Assembly: GCF_022045235.1 (NCBI RefSeq)
Contig: NW_027266297.1
Span: 72,168,001 to 72,232,000, forward strand
Length of the DNA stretch: 64,000 nucleotides
Reading direction: 5' to 3'
Source: Haliotis cracherodii
Taxonomy: Eukaryota
The translations under genes and the position numbers were made by a program. The first letter of the stretch is position 1. The number at the start of each line of letters is the position of its first letter. The notes beneath the pieces were generated by a model, which was given only the letters and a program-made list of their open reading frames with translations, made no database searches and had not been told where the DNA came from. Shown here one piece after another: positions 63,789 through 64,000 of this stretch.

Positions 63789-64000
63789 GGCTACACTCTA
63801 GTTAGAAGGCACAGTGAGGCTACACTCTAGTTTGAAGGCACAATGAGGCTACGCTCTGGTTAGAAGGCACACACAGTGAGGCTACACTCTAGTTAGAAGG
63901 CACAGTGAGGCTACACTCTAGTTAGAAGGCACAGGGAGGCTACACTCTAGTTAGAAGGCACAGTGAGGCTACACTCTAGTTAGAAGGCACAGTGAGGCTA
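63789..64000. repeat. Tandem array, 29-bp unit, runs off the window
   Basis: ggctacactctagttagaaggcacagtga repeated. Confidence 0.95.

Noticed and set aside
53400-64000. Upstream AOPEP exon (expected ...HGQL...SQ), and the last coding exon (AMGVYLYGEL-like) in 1-1319
   Set aside because: Not found by eye; probably outside the window.

Overview
Eukaryotic, repeat-rich animal DNA. The SINE repertoire suggests a mollusc, possibly an abalone-type gastropod; this is an inference. The window is almost entirely intronic. I find six small minus-strand exons (53353-53393, 22233-22296, 14941-15000, 12804-12899, 3825-3941, 1320-1406), all with canonical AG/GT ends and compatible phases. They splice into 465 nt / 155 codons: DFLQFFLEEFPHLR-TEGLSELQLTAEWLDCPHLPQ-GVSLFKASSENHLYSAVTTQ-VALVQSHCLKIGRRHRNNKKQKVANMELTLQE-LDPDQLVLFLEDLLQLRLIQGSVLDLVHKTYQLPSANPD-VRHRWCELVIKHRHKSGYGDVKTFLLNDQ. 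This matches my recollection of the C-terminal region of the M1-family aminopeptidase O (AOPEP/C9orf3); the gene start and last exon lie outside the window. The introns hold four SINE-like families sharing a 3' tail, L2, CR1 and RTE-X-like LINE remnants, several MITEs, a deleted Tc1 element, a 28S rRNA fragment, about 20 tandem arrays (roughly 18 kb by eye) and five N gaps. Nearly all long ORFs in the track are tandem-repeat artefacts. Most interesting: (1) a 33-bp minisatellite built from an exon's own splice donor, giving 22 extra in-frame GT donors on a stop-free frame; (2) a complete 418-bp TRIM with tRNA-Arg-like LTRs, PBS, PPT and 4-bp TSD; (3) a SINE-like family with no tRNA head that begins with a compact pseudoknot-like fold, a ribozyme candidate; (4) a Penelope-type hammerhead-like motif; (5) a fold-back satellite and a satellite seeded from a SINE.
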